From IMG/VR virus record IMGVR_UViG_3300023184_000027, positions 143,953 to 207,952 of that record: a DNA stretch of 64,000 bases; one strand, written 5' to 3'. The notes under the pieces are model-generated. The model did not search any database, had not been told where the DNA came from, and saw only the letters and a program-made list of their open reading frames with translations. This document shows, in pieces, positions 8,727 to 19,400 of this stretch. A program made the translations under genes and the position numbers. Each line of letters begins with the position of its first letter. The first letter of the stretch is position 1.

Positions 8727-10502
8727 TTGGAAAACAATACATCTGAAAATTCTAATTTAACAGTAGAACAACGAGCAATATCCCTTCTTGAAACTTATCA
8801 GGGAGCGAATAACTATATCCTAAAATTAAAATTACAAAAGGAAACTAATAAGAGATTCTTCCCTACTCGGGCACAATCTGACTACATAATAAATTATCAC
8901 GAAGTAATACCAAAGGTGGCTAAAAGATGGGTTGATTTAGACCCCTACTTCGCCAAAAAAATTGCTGATGAAAAACTATTAACAAATATTCCCGAACAAG
9001 TATGGGTGGAAAAGTTATTAGTTGAGAAAGAAAAATCGTATCATATTTGGGGTAAAGTTTTATCCGGTGAAACTATTAACGAATTTTGGTTACCGAAGGG
9101 TGCCTTAATTAAAACTCACACAATTAAAGATGTTGTGGTTGATTATGAAAAATATTCTAATAGACCACCACTTGAACATCAAAAACTTGCAATTGAGAAA
9201 CTTGCCGGGTCTAAAAGATTTATTTTAGCCGACGATATGGGACTTGGTAAGACAACTTCCACCATTATCGCCGCATTAGAAACGGGAGCGAAGAAAATAT
9301 TAATTGTTTGTCCGGCATCCCTAAAGATTAACTGGCAAAGAGAGATTGAGAATTATACCGATAGAAGTGTTTATATTTCTGAAGGTAAGAATTTCTCAAT
9401 AGAACACGATTTTGTGATTGTAAATTACGATATTCTTAAAAACTTTTACGACCTTAAAGGTAAGACAGAATCTTTAATCACTCAAGGAAATTTTGATTTA
9501 ATTATTTTGGACGAAGCTCATTATGTGAGTAATGGACAAGCTGCGAGAACCAAACTTGTTAATAGTTTTTCTAAAAATTGTGAAAGAGTGTGGTTGTTAA
9601 CGGGGACACCTATGACAAATCGTCCGATGAATTACTTTAACCTATTATCTCTTATTGAGAGTCCGGTTTCCCAAAATTGGATGGCTTACGCAATACGATA
9701 TTGTCAAGGTTATCAATTTATGGCGGGAAAAAGAAAAATATGGAATGTTTCGGGAGCATCAAATTTAGAAGAATTAAGAGACAGAACATCAAGACAAGTA
9801 TTGAGAAGATTAAAAACTGAAGTTTTAGATTTACCTGAAAAAATTATTACCCCAATTTATTTAAGATTAAAATCAAAACTTTATGAAGGGTTGATGGGAG
9901 AATACTATGATTGGTATAATAAAAACCCCGATGAATCAACATCACTTACCGTTCAGTTCAGTAAGTTAATGAAAGTTCGTCAAGTGATTGCTGAAGAAAA
10001 AGTTAAAGACACAATAGAATTAGCTGAAAATATTTTGGAACAAGATAAAAAAGTTATTATTTTTACCAATTTTACGGACACATTAAATCAGATTGCCGAA
10101 CATTTTGGAAAAATTGCGGTTAAATTAGATGGTTCAACATCAAAACCTCAACGACAATACGCTGTTGACCAATTTCAAGATAATGAAAAGATTAAAGTGT
10201 TTGTTGGTAATGTGAAGGCAGCCGGAGTTGGTATAACTTTAACCGCCGCTGAAGCTGTAATCATCAATGACTTATCTTTTGTTCCTGGTGACTTAGCACA
10301 AGCTGAAGATAGAGCATATAGATATGGACAAAAAAATTCGGTATCAGTTTATTACCCAATATTCGATAATAGTATAGAAGGAATCATTTATGATATGGTG
10401 AATCATAAGAAACAAAATATTAATACCGTAATGGGTGATAATATAGAAGAGAAGGGTGATTTCATCGGAGAACTTATGAATAAAATTAACAACCGAGGTT
10501 AA
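8727..10502 (+). CDS. SNF2/SWI2-family helicase (HARP/SMARCAL1-like)
   Basis: ILADDMGLGKT, IVCPASL, LDEAH, LTGTP, GVGITLT, QAEDRAYRYGQ. Confidence 0.93.
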   Translation: MENNTSENSNLTVEQRAISLLETYQGANNYILKLKLQKETNKRFFPTRAQSDYIINYHEVIPKVAKRWVDLDPYFAKKIADEKLLTNIPEQVWVEKLLVEKEKSYHIWGKVLSGETINEFWLPKGALIKTHTIKDVVVDYEKYSNRPPLEHQKLAIEKLAGSKRFILADDMGLGKTTSTIIAALETGAKKILIVCPASLKINWQREIENYTDRSVYISEGKNFSIEHDFVIVNYDILKNFYDLKGKTESLITQGNFDLIILDEAHYVSNGQAARTKLVNSFSKNCERVWLLTGTPMTNRPMNYFNLLSLIESPVSQNWMAYAIRYCQGYQFMAGKRKIWNVSGASNLEELRDRTSRQVLRRLKTEVLDLPEKIITPIYLRLKSKLYEGLMGEYYDWYNKNPDESTSLTVQFSKLMKVRQVIAEEKVKDTIELAENILEQDKKVIIFTNFTDTLNQIAEHFGKIAVKLDGSTSKPQRQYAVDQFQDNEKIKVFVGNVKAAGVGITLTAAEAVIINDLSFVPGDLAQAEDRAYRYGQKNSVSVYYPIFDNSIEGIIYDMVNHKKQNINTVMGDNIEEKGDFIGELMNKINNRG

Positions 10503-10514
10503 TTCGGTTGTTAA
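10486..10514 (+). terminator. Hairpin at helicase 3' end
   Basis: 11-bp stem TTAACAACCGA / TCGGTTGTTAA, 7-nt loop; immediately followed by the GATATTTATA motif (10515-10524). Confidence 0.55.
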
Positions 10515-10543
10515 GATATTTATATGAATAACAAATAAGTCAA

Positions 10544-12082
10544 ATGAAAAAGATTGAAGAAAAAATCAATCTCATAACAGAAGAACTAAAAAAAGTTGAA
10601 ACCCTCGAAAATCAACAAATGTTCATTAATGAGATGAAAAAAATAGGGATAGAGAAATTACCCTACGCCTATTCAGCACTAAAACAATTTATTGATGCTG
10701 AAACAATGAATTACCATTATAATAAACACTATAAAGGATATGTTGATAAATTAAATTCAGCCCTTAAAAAGAAAGATTATGGTGATTTAGAATTAGAAGA
10801 AATTATTAAATCAATAAGTAGATTTGATAAGACAATTAGGAACAATGCCGGAGGAGCTTTTAACCACGCATTGTTTTGGAAAATGTTAACCCCAAAAAAA
10901 CAAACACCAAATGGTGAAATTATTAGGCAAATTAAAAAAGATTTTACTACCTTTGTCAAGTTTAAAAATAAGTTTGAGGAAATTGCTCAAGAAAAATTTG
11001 GTTCAGGTTGGGTTTGGTTAGTTTTAACAAAACGAAATACCTTAAAAATTGTAACCACAGAAAATCAAGACAACCCTCTTATGAATGTTATAGACGACGG
11101 AGGTTATCCAATATTAGGATTAGATTTATGGGAACACGCATATTATTTAAAATATAGAAATAAAAAAAATGACTATATTAAGAATTTTTGGAAATGTGTT
11201 AATTGGGAATTTGTTAATAAACTATATACAATGAGAATTGAGACTAAACTAAATGAATCATTAAATTTTAAATCTGTAATTTCTGAAGGTAAATCAGAAA
11301 GATGTAGTAGAGAAGAAAACGAGGCCATTCGTATGGTTTTTAATATCAACCCGAAAATTAAACAAATTTTTATGGAAGGTATTAATCACATCCTTAAAGA
11401 AGTTTTTCCGGATAACTATTATGGATATGGTGAATACGCTAAAGGTGAAATGTCGGGAGTGTATGATTTAGAAAGAGATGGTCGTTCTGTCTTAAATAAA
11501 TTAAACACAAACTATAGTTGTTTCTGTGTTCTTCTTAATGATACAAATCAAGTTTTAAGTTCTAAAAATTTACCAAACATTAAATTAATTGGTTTAAAAC
11601 CATTGGAACAAATTGAAGAAACTAAAAAATTACTTATTTTCTTACACGAATATAAATTTAGAATATTCACACAAACTTCAGCAACATTTCAAAACATTAT
11701 GAAAGTTTTAACCCAAACAGATACTTGGGGACAAGCTCGTGAAGACAAAACTGTTGAGATTTTAAAGAAAAAATTTGGAAAAGATAATGTTAACGCCATC
11801 GGTAAATTAGGTAGTAAAGCTGATATGATTGGTGGTATAGATTGTGAAGTTATTATTAATGGTAGAAAATTAAGTAGTCAAATTAAACCATTTGGAAGTA
11901 TTGAAACTACCGGTGAAGAAATTACCGTTATTGGTTCAGGTGCCGTTAAAAAATACTATACAGATTGGTTAATTTTCACTAGAAATAATAAAGATGTTTT
12001 AATTTTCAGAAATAAAAATTCAAAAATTGTTAATGGACAATATGTTTTTCCTAAAGGAGATTTAATTTATTCATTAAATTGA
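10544..12082 (+). CDS. sod: Fe/Mn superoxide dismutase fused to a C-terminal PD-(D/E)xK-like domain
   Basis: LPYAYSAL, HYNKHYKGYV, NAGGAFNHALFW, FGSGWVWL, NQDNP, DLWEHAYYLKY; C-term E..x..DMIGGIDC...QIKPF. Confidence 0.85.
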   Translation: MKKIEEKINLITEELKKVETLENQQMFINEMKKIGIEKLPYAYSALKQFIDAETMNYHYNKHYKGYVDKLNSALKKKDYGDLELEEIIKSISRFDKTIRNNAGGAFNHALFWKMLTPKKQTPNGEIIRQIKKDFTTFVKFKNKFEEIAQEKFGSGWVWLVLTKRNTLKIVTTENQDNPLMNVIDDGGYPILGLDLWEHAYYLKYRNKKNDYIKNFWKCVNWEFVNKLYTMRIETKLNESLNFKSVISEGKSERCSREENEAIRMVFNINPKIKQIFMEGINHILKEVFPDNYYGYGEYAKGEMSGVYDLERDGRSVLNKLNTNYSCFCVLLNDTNQVLSSKNLPNIKLIGLKPLEQIEETKKLLIFLHEYKFRIFTQTSATFQNIMKVLTQTDTWGQAREDKTVEILKKKFGKDNVNAIGKLGSKADMIGGIDCEVIINGRKLSSQIKPFGSIETTGEEITVIGSGAVKKYYTDWLIFTRNNKDVLIFRNKNSKIVNGQYVFPKGDLIYSLN

Positions 12083-12103
12083 TATTTATAAATAAAAAGA
12101 ACT

Positions 12104-13216
12104 ATGTCAATAATCCCAGAACCTCAAAGAACCGCATTATACACAAGAATTAAACATTTACTTGGAGCACCACTTCGTTCGATAGAAATTGAAGACGAAA
12201 TGATGGATAGTTTATTAGAATTATCTATCGGTGATTATTCTCAATATGTCCAAGATTGGTTAATCGAGTCTCAATGGACATCCTTATATAATCTTAATCT
12301 TGATACTCAATCATTATCAAAAGCTTTTATAACAAAAAGTTTAGATTTTGAAACGAGATACACCTATGCGTATTCTAAAATTGTTGGATTACAGGCTGGT
12401 GGTGATTGGGAACTTAAAAAAGATTATATACAACTTCAACGGAATCAACAAATATATGAAATTCCTGCAAATAGAGAAATTAATGAAGTTTTATGGTTTA
12501 CACCCGCAGAACTTAATAATTTATTATTTGACCCTTGGACTTTTGGAGCTTTAGGTGCCGGTGGTTTAGGAGGACCTGGTGGTTTTTCACAAATGGGCAT
12601 GACAGGTTCATTTTTTATGATGCCAGCGTTTGATATGTTATTGAGAATGCAAGAAATTAATATTCAAAGAAGAATAATTGCTGGTGAATTAACGTATAGA
12701 ATTACCGCACTTCCTGAAGGTAAAAAAGCGTTACACTTAATGAATACTCCAGGTGGTAAATTTGATTTCGGTAATTCAACATTAACAAGAGGTAAAGTAT
12801 GGTATTGGTACTACGATGTTGGTCCGGCAGATAGAGATAAATGTTTAAAAGCAAATCCGGATATTATTACACTTCCTTCTGATGTTCCATTTGAAGAAAT
12901 TTCTTGGGTTGATTTAAATAATCCCGCTCAACAATGGGTTAGAAGATGGTTTACCGCATATGTAAAACAAACATTGGCGAGAGTTAGAGGTAAATTTAGT
13001 GGAAATGTTAAAACACCCGATAGTGAATTAACAATGGATTACGCATCATTAGCAACAGAAGGTGCCGACGAAAAATCAAAACTTGAAGAGGAATTAAAAT
13101 TAAGATTGGAAAGATTACGACCTGATAAAATGATGGAAAGGGAAGCTTTATTGGCCGAGAATTTAAATAAATCTTTGAAATTTAGAGCAATGCCAAGACA
13201 AATTTATGTAATTTAA
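12104..13216 (+). CDS. Neck / head-tail adaptor protein (T4 gp13-like)
   Basis: IKHLLGAPLRSIEI N-term; WVRRWFTAYVKQTLARVRGKF...G..EKSKLEEEL C-term; GATATTTATA at 12081-12090. Confidence 0.75.
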   Translation: MSIIPEPQRTALYTRIKHLLGAPLRSIEIEDEMMDSLLELSIGDYSQYVQDWLIESQWTSLYNLNLDTQSLSKAFITKSLDFETRYTYAYSKIVGLQAGGDWELKKDYIQLQRNQQIYEIPANREINEVLWFTPAELNNLLFDPWTFGALGAGGLGGPGGFSQMGMTGSFFMMPAFDMLLRMQEINIQRRIIAGELTYRITALPEGKKALHLMNTPGGKFDFGNSTLTRGKVWYWYYDVGPADRDKCLKANPDIITLPSDVPFEEISWVDLNNPAQQWVRRWFTAYVKQTLARVRGKFSGNVKTPDSELTMDYASLATEGADEKSKLEEELKLRLERLRPDKMMEREALLAENLNKSLKFRAMPRQIYVI

Positions 13217-13221
13217 AAAAT

Positions 13222-13581
13222 ATGTTAAATTTAAACAGACAAACAGAAAAAAAAGTGGTTGGAGATAAAAGATTTTATAATGAAGTTTATGAACCTAATG
13301 TTGAACACATTAAAAAAGTTATTATAGATGAGGTTTATAATACTAAAGGAGAAGTTTTAATATTGGCTAAAGGTGTTAGTGAATGTAGGATAATTTTAGA
13401 TTCAGAAACCACAGAACATATAATAATTAAAGCTTTAACAAAAGTTTATATAACCGCTAGTTTAAACAAAATTGATGAACATTATGATGAGATTTTTATT
13501 GATAAAGGGGCTTGTGTAGAATTTTATTTAATAGAGAATCATTGGTATATAGTCTCAAGTGATGGGTTAAAATTAGATTAA
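13222..13581 (+). CDS. Hypothetical, possibly small virion beta-domain protein
   Basis: IIIK...KIDE...I..G.CVEF....WYIVS resembles fibre/baseplate attachment domains. Confidence 0.5.
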   Translation: MLNLNRQTEKKVVGDKRFYNEVYEPNVEHIKKVIIDEVYNTKGEVLILAKGVSECRIILDSETTEHIIIKALTKVYITASLNKIDEHYDEIFIDKGACVEFYLIENHWYIVSSDGLKLD

Positions 13582-13585
13582 ATAA

Positions 13586-13611
13586 AAAAGGTGTCGAATA
13601 CGACACCTTTT
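13586..13611. terminator. Bidirectional intrinsic terminator
   Basis: AAAAGGTGTCG-AATA-CGACACCTTTT between convergent genes. Confidence 0.9.
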
Positions 13612-13617
13612 CTGTTT

Positions 13618-16407
13618 TTAACTAATATGTTCTTCCCATCCTGGTTCAGCCAATTCATAAATATATTCAGAACTAACACCAACTCTATCCCAAAATTTTA
13701 ATTCCAAATCGGTGATAGTTAATAAATCCTCAATCGTATCTTGGTCACCCTCTTTATTTGGAACCCCACCTATCAACTCACATTGTGTTTTAGTAAAAAA
13801 TCCTCTGTCTTCCGGGTTAGCAATTAATAAACTTTCTCTTAATTCTTTATTAAAGACAATCAATAACGGCTCAACTTTTTTATTAAATGTTGAGATTGCT
13901 CTCGGAACATTATAATCACCTGTTAAATTGGGGTTATTCTCAATTTCTGTTTGGTCTAACATATAACAATTAAGTTGTATTGTTGAGGTTGATTTATCTT
14001 CAGGTTCTGTACCATTTACTGATGTAAACAAATCCAATTCTTTTTTAGTGTAATTGTTTTTAGTTATTTTCTGAACATCTCCGTGTGATGCCCTTACACC
14101 ATTATTAACATAACTTATGACATCACCCAATGATACTTTCAAATCATGTTTGATTGCCAATTCCATATGTGCCATTCTACTCATAAGTGAACCCGCCTTT
14201 GTTTTTTGAGTACATCTTTTTTTATAATCATCAATAGATAGTTTAACTCTCGCTCTTTGGGCGATTTGTTTTAATGGAATTTGTTGGTCAAAGATTCTTT
14301 GGTGATATTCAAAATACCACTCAATAAATTCTTGGCCTTTTCCCTCCAACAATAATTTAACTCCTTTATCTAAAAACACCTCAATATATAGTGGTAATTT
14401 TTTAGATTTAATTGAGTTTCCGGTTAATTTAATTTTACCGTTGGATTCCATCGTAGCATAATTCTTTCTACTTAAATTAATACAAGAATCCCAAGTTCCA
14501 TCACAATCAAGACCCATTTCGCCTTTCATAAACAAATCGTTGTATTCTGCCGTGTCGGCGTAATATCCTCGGTATTCTTGACCCTCTTTAACCAACCAAT
14601 TTAATCCTTTTCCGATATACACTCTATCATCAACACCACCTTCAGGTAAACTAAAGTTAACACCATCGGTATCAAGTACAAGAGGTGTATAACCTCTTTT
14701 AACGAAGTATTTTACCATCTGACGAAGATATTGTCGTCCGGTACAAGTAATTCGTTCTCCGCTATTCATTTCACCCCATTCATAAACGTGGGGAGCGGAT
14801 AATCCGCCGAACATTGAGTTGATAAAGATTTTTAACGGTAATTGTTTTCTATCGTATGAAAGAGATTTTTTAGAATCGATTGATTTATACTCGGACGCTA
14901 AGTTTTTATACATAATACGAGCATTACGGAAATAAGTTAACATACCTTTCATTCCACCCATTACATCACATTCAGGAAACACATCGTGTACCAACTGAAT
15001 TGATGGGTATAAGGAAGAGTAGTCAAGTTTTAATACATTGGTAGAGTACCCCACTTTAAGTAGTCTTGAAAGTCCCCCTACAAAGTCCGTCTTCTCTTCT
15101 TTAGCGGGGATGGCTAATTTATTCTTATAAGACCAAGCCAACATAATCATTCTCCATAGAGTTGCGGTTCCCATTGTGGAAACTCTTTCATATGTTGTTG
15201 GTACCATCGATGCGAGTAGAAACGTTCCTTGGTTAAATTCATCATCCACCGTTAACGTCTCCTCTAAATCGTCGTCAAGATATCTCTCCACAATGTTATC
15301 ACCTGTAACCTTTAGGTATTTCCCGGGGAATCTTGTGTCTAAATTATTGAAGTCCGGATTATCGGCTCTCTTATATTTCCCATTCTCAACATTTAACCAA
15401 TATTCTTCTTTTTTGGCGTACATCGGACCAATCTCTAAATGGTCAATATAAACTCGGTCGGGAGCTTCAGCTTTAATATATTGAGTTATGTATTTAAGTC
15501 CCGCTGATTTAATACTTGAGTTAATTGCTTGAGCTCTACGAACAGAGTGAATAATGTCAATAATGTTATAACCCCACAATTGAGTTTGAGAGAATCTCTC
15601 TACCTCATTAGCAAGTTTTAACATACCATCTTTTTGAGAGATAGGTCTTGCAGGATTTAAAGATTTAGCTATCTTTTTAATATCTAAATGAAGAGCTTTA
15701 CATCTCTCAAATATCCAAAACCAGTCAAAGTTTGCTGAATTATACCCGCCGATGATTGATGGTTTAAGTTCGTCTATAATATTGAAAAATTCTACTAAAC
15801 CTTTTCTCTCTTGGTCTTCATCGGCACACTCAATAACTTTTTGATAACCTTTATTGGTTTTAATTCCAATCATAAATATACGACCATCTTTAGGTTCTAA
15901 AGCGGTCGTCTCCAAGTCAAATCCGAGTCGGGTGATGTCGTTGTATTCCTCATACCCTTTGAATAATCTTTTCTCTCTTGAAATTAGGAATTGTTCTACC
16001 GGTGGAAGTACCGTTAATTTTCCTTTTGTTTTTTCACCCCACGGGTCAACACCACCATCTCTAAAGAATTGGATAAGTGAACGATAACCCTTCATTGATT
16101 TAACCATATATTTGAGACCTTTTTCTAATCTCTCATTACCTTTGGTTTCTAACTTATCAATGATTATTCCGTGTTTTTTCATTGCTTCTCGTTGTTGGTC
16201 TTTGGATTTTGAATAAAAATTCAAATCTCTCAAATCACCAACCCAAGCAAATGCCGTAAATGTATCTTTTTTGATTATTTTTCCCTGACCAGGGATTTCT
16301 TTAATTTTGTAGATTGAGTCTGACCCATAATCATACTCAATAGCGACGATGTGTTCTTCAGGGTCATTCCCTTCTAGGAACGCCTTAATCTCTTCTTGTG
16401 TAACCAT
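13618..16407 (-). CDS. polB: Family B DNA polymerase with 3'-5' exonuclease
   Basis: ExoI FDLETT, ExoII GYNSANFDW, motif A DYSSLYPS, motif B KIFINSMFG, motif C DTDG, KNYA. Confidence 0.95.
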   Translation of the reverse strand: MVTQEEIKAFLEGNDPEEHIVAIEYDYGSDSIYKIKEIPGQGKIIKKDTFTAFAWVGDLRDLNFYSKSKDQQREAMKKHGIIIDKLETKGNERLEKGLKYMVKSMKGYRSLIQFFRDGGVDPWGEKTKGKLTVLPPVEQFLISREKRLFKGYEEYNDITRLGFDLETTALEPKDGRIFMIGIKTNKGYQKVIECADEDQERKGLVEFFNIIDELKPSIIGGYNSANFDWFWIFERCKALHLDIKKIAKSLNPARPISQKDGMLKLANEVERFSQTQLWGYNIIDIIHSVRRAQAINSSIKSAGLKYITQYIKAEAPDRVYIDHLEIGPMYAKKEEYWLNVENGKYKRADNPDFNNLDTRFPGKYLKVTGDNIVERYLDDDLEETLTVDDEFNQGTFLLASMVPTTYERVSTMGTATLWRMIMLAWSYKNKLAIPAKEEKTDFVGGLSRLLKVGYSTNVLKLDYSSLYPSIQLVHDVFPECDVMGGMKGMLTYFRNARIMYKNLASEYKSIDSKKSLSYDRKQLPLKIFINSMFGGLSAPHVYEWGEMNSGERITCTGRQYLRQMVKYFVKRGYTPLVLDTDGVNFSLPEGGVDDRVYIGKGLNWLVKEGQEYRGYYADTAEYNDLFMKGEMGLDCDGTWDSCINLSRKNYATMESNGKIKLTGNSIKSKKLPLYIEVFLDKGVKLLLEGKGQEFIEWYFEYHQRIFDQQIPLKQIAQRARVKLSIDDYKKRCTQKTKAGSLMSRMAHMELAIKHDLKVSLGDVISYVNNGVRASHGDVQKITKNNYTKKELDLFTSVNGTEPEDKSTSTIQLNCYMLDQTEIENNPNLTGDYNVPRAISTFNKKVEPLLIVFNKELRESLLIANPEDRGFFTKTQCELIGGVPNKEGDQDTIEDLLTITDLELKFWDRVGVSSEYIYELAEPGWEEHIS

Positions 16408-16469
16408 AAATATATTTTTTAGAATGACATATTGGCTCTGATTAATTTCAGGTTTGTCTTGTTTCTATA

Positions 16470-16498
16470 AATATAATTATTTAACAATTATAAATCAA
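16470..16498 (-). promoter_or_regulatory. sigma70-type promoter for DNA polymerase (TTGATT-17-TATATT)
   Basis: Spacing counted directly; same form as the helicase promoter. Confidence 0.5.
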
Positions 16499-16499
16499 A

Positions 16500-19400
16500 T
16501 TAAAATGACCCAATATCACCAACAATATTCCACTCACATATGTTTGTCAAAATATATCGTGCATTACTTGCGGATACTGATGTGTATAAAAACCCGGGTA
16601 CATCTAATCTAACACCAATTGCGACGTTATTGGTTAATCGTAATTGCGACCATTTAATTAACAAATTATTATAATTTGTTGAGCTCATCGGTGTAGTGTT
16701 GGTAAACATATATATCATTGATTGAACTTTACTAATATTCCAGTTGGATATGTCTTGACTAAAACTTGTATTGTAAGAAAACATTGACGACATATTATTC
16801 ACATTACTTACATTCCAAGAGTTAAGGGGTTGATTGAATGATGAAGTGTTAAACATTGAGCTCATACTGGTAACATTACTTACATCCCAATTATTGATTG
16901 ATTGATTGAATAAATTATTTTCCGTAAACATTCCAGTCATATTAGTGACTTTACTAACATCCCAATTACCGATTGGTTGGTTAAAAGATGACCTTCTAAA
17001 CATATATGACATATCAGTAACATTACTCACATTCCAATTACCGATTGGTTGATTGAATGGTGTGCCATGGAACATATACGACATATCGGTAACACCACTC
17101 ACATTCCAAGATGAAATATTTTGGTTAAATGATGAATTATAGAACATTTGAGACATAGACACAACATTACTAACATCCCAATTATTAATGTTTGGTTGAT
17201 TAAAAGATGTGTTATAACTAAACATACCACCCATATATCGGATACCACTAATATTCCAAGACGATATATCTTGATTGAATTGTGTACCATCAAACATAGA
17301 TGATAAACTAGTAATATATCTTAAATCCCAAGAAGTAATATTATTAATTGTTCTTATACTATGACATTTATAAAATAATCCAGAAATTGTTATATAACCA
17401 TAATTTTCCTCTTCATCATAATCGGTAAGGTTTAAAACCCCAATAACAGAATCTAACGTTAAATTAACACAATAGCTAAATTGTGCGTATGTTCCCCCTC
17501 TTAAAGAGAAATTTCCCCAATTTAATATAGAATATATTTTATAGTTATTTGGGTAAATACCACTATCCTCATAATCCAAAGCTTCGTCAGAATTAAATTC
17601 CCATCCACGCACTAAACCAGTTACCTTAATAATATAATAACCTATCGACGAGTAAGTGTGGGCTCTATTTGCATAACTATTCACAGAAGTTGTTCCATCA
17701 CCCCAATCTATCGTACCACCATAATTTCCATCAACAATATATGGGAGAGTTATTGTATCGTTTATAACTAATGTTCTCCACCTTGATGTAAAGTCATTTC
17801 CATACGGATTTGGTGTTCTTGTTGGTGTCCGAGTCATTGTAGGGGTTTGAGTTATTGTAGGTGTTGGACTCATTGTTATTGTAGGTGTTGGTGTTGGTGT
17901 AGGGGCAACAACTAATGTTGTTAAACCATTTTGATATAAATAAACATCTGAAAATACAGAACTTCCATCAACATATCTTTGAAATATTTTTACATATATA
18001 AAACTTACGTAAGTTGAGTAGGTTTGGAACGTAGTCGTTGTTGTACAAGTCATATTATTAGTGTTGGCCCATGTAACATTATCAAACGAATAATATATTG
18101 ACATAAATTGACAAGGTAATGTATTACCAATTACCATATAGACCTGATATACTGTTGTACTTCTTTGAATGATACTAGATATGGTTGGTACTAATTGAGG
18201 TCCACTCACTATTGGTGTTGTAGTTGGTGTTGGTGTAATTGTTGGTGTTGTGGTTTTTGTTGGTGTTGGTGTCGGAGTTACCGAGGGAAACGTGTATAGA
18301 ACAACATTTGAATAATCACTATTAGTACTATTACTTGAACAATATTGGATAAGTCTAACATATACATCTCCGGTTGTTTTAAACGAATTAAAACTAATTG
18401 GGGAAGAGCAATTTGTCTCCCCATAAGTTACACTAGCGTATCCCCAACTAATGTTATCGTAAGAATATTGTACTATCACACTATTACAGGAAACTGGAGG
18501 AGTAAAATCAACTAATAATGTGCTGGATGAGAGATTACTAACACTTATAATTGTTGGTGGAAGACACGATGTTTCCGATATCGGAGTAATTACCACCCCT
18601 CCCGAATATAGAGATATGTCAGAATAAATCACTGTTTGACTACCAACATAAGTTTGACCAATTTTAATATAGACAATCCCTGTATAACTAAATGAGCCAA
18701 AGGGAAATAATGAACCACAATTATATACTCCGTAATAAGACCAATCAACATTATTAAAAGAATAATATAGTATTATATTTAGACAAGCACTGGTATTCCC
18801 TGGTGTTACAAATATATTATATGTTGAACCACCTGTTCTAACAATGTTAGTTATTACAGGAAGATTTTGAGCTCCTAATCCCGGGGTTGGCGTTGGTGTA
18901 GGTGTTGGTGTGGGTGTTGGTGTGGGTAGAGAGGTTGTGAAAGCGTCATTTGTATATAACGCAATATTTGAATAACTCTCAACACCATAAATTGATATTT
19001 GTTTAATTTTCACATATATAGTACCTGAACTATCCAAAGAGGTACTTAGACCAACGGGTGAACTACAACTATTTGATGTACCACTAAACCATGTTATATT
19101 ATCTAACGAACCATACGATAAAACACTATTACAAGGGTAATTATTTGCTGTTGTAAAATAAATTAAATAATAATTTATGGATACTCTTTGTACATTATAG
19201 ATTATTGGTGTCTCATAAATTATACCACTTGTTTGTGTTGGTGTTTGTGTTGGTGTTTTAGTGTTTGTCGGTGTTGGAGTTGAAGTTTTAGTGTTTGTTG
19301 GTGTTTGTGTAGGTGTTTTAGTCGGAGTTCTTGTTGGTGTTGATGTTAATGTTGGTGTCGGGGTTAGAGTTGGTGTTTTTGTTAAAGTTTTAGTTGGTGT

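Noticed and set aside
13618-16407. Intein/intron in polymerase; atypical motifs NSMFG and LDTDG
   Set aside because: No intein C/HN termini or frame break; catalytic Asp and Lys residues are intact, so the variants are treated as lineage drift
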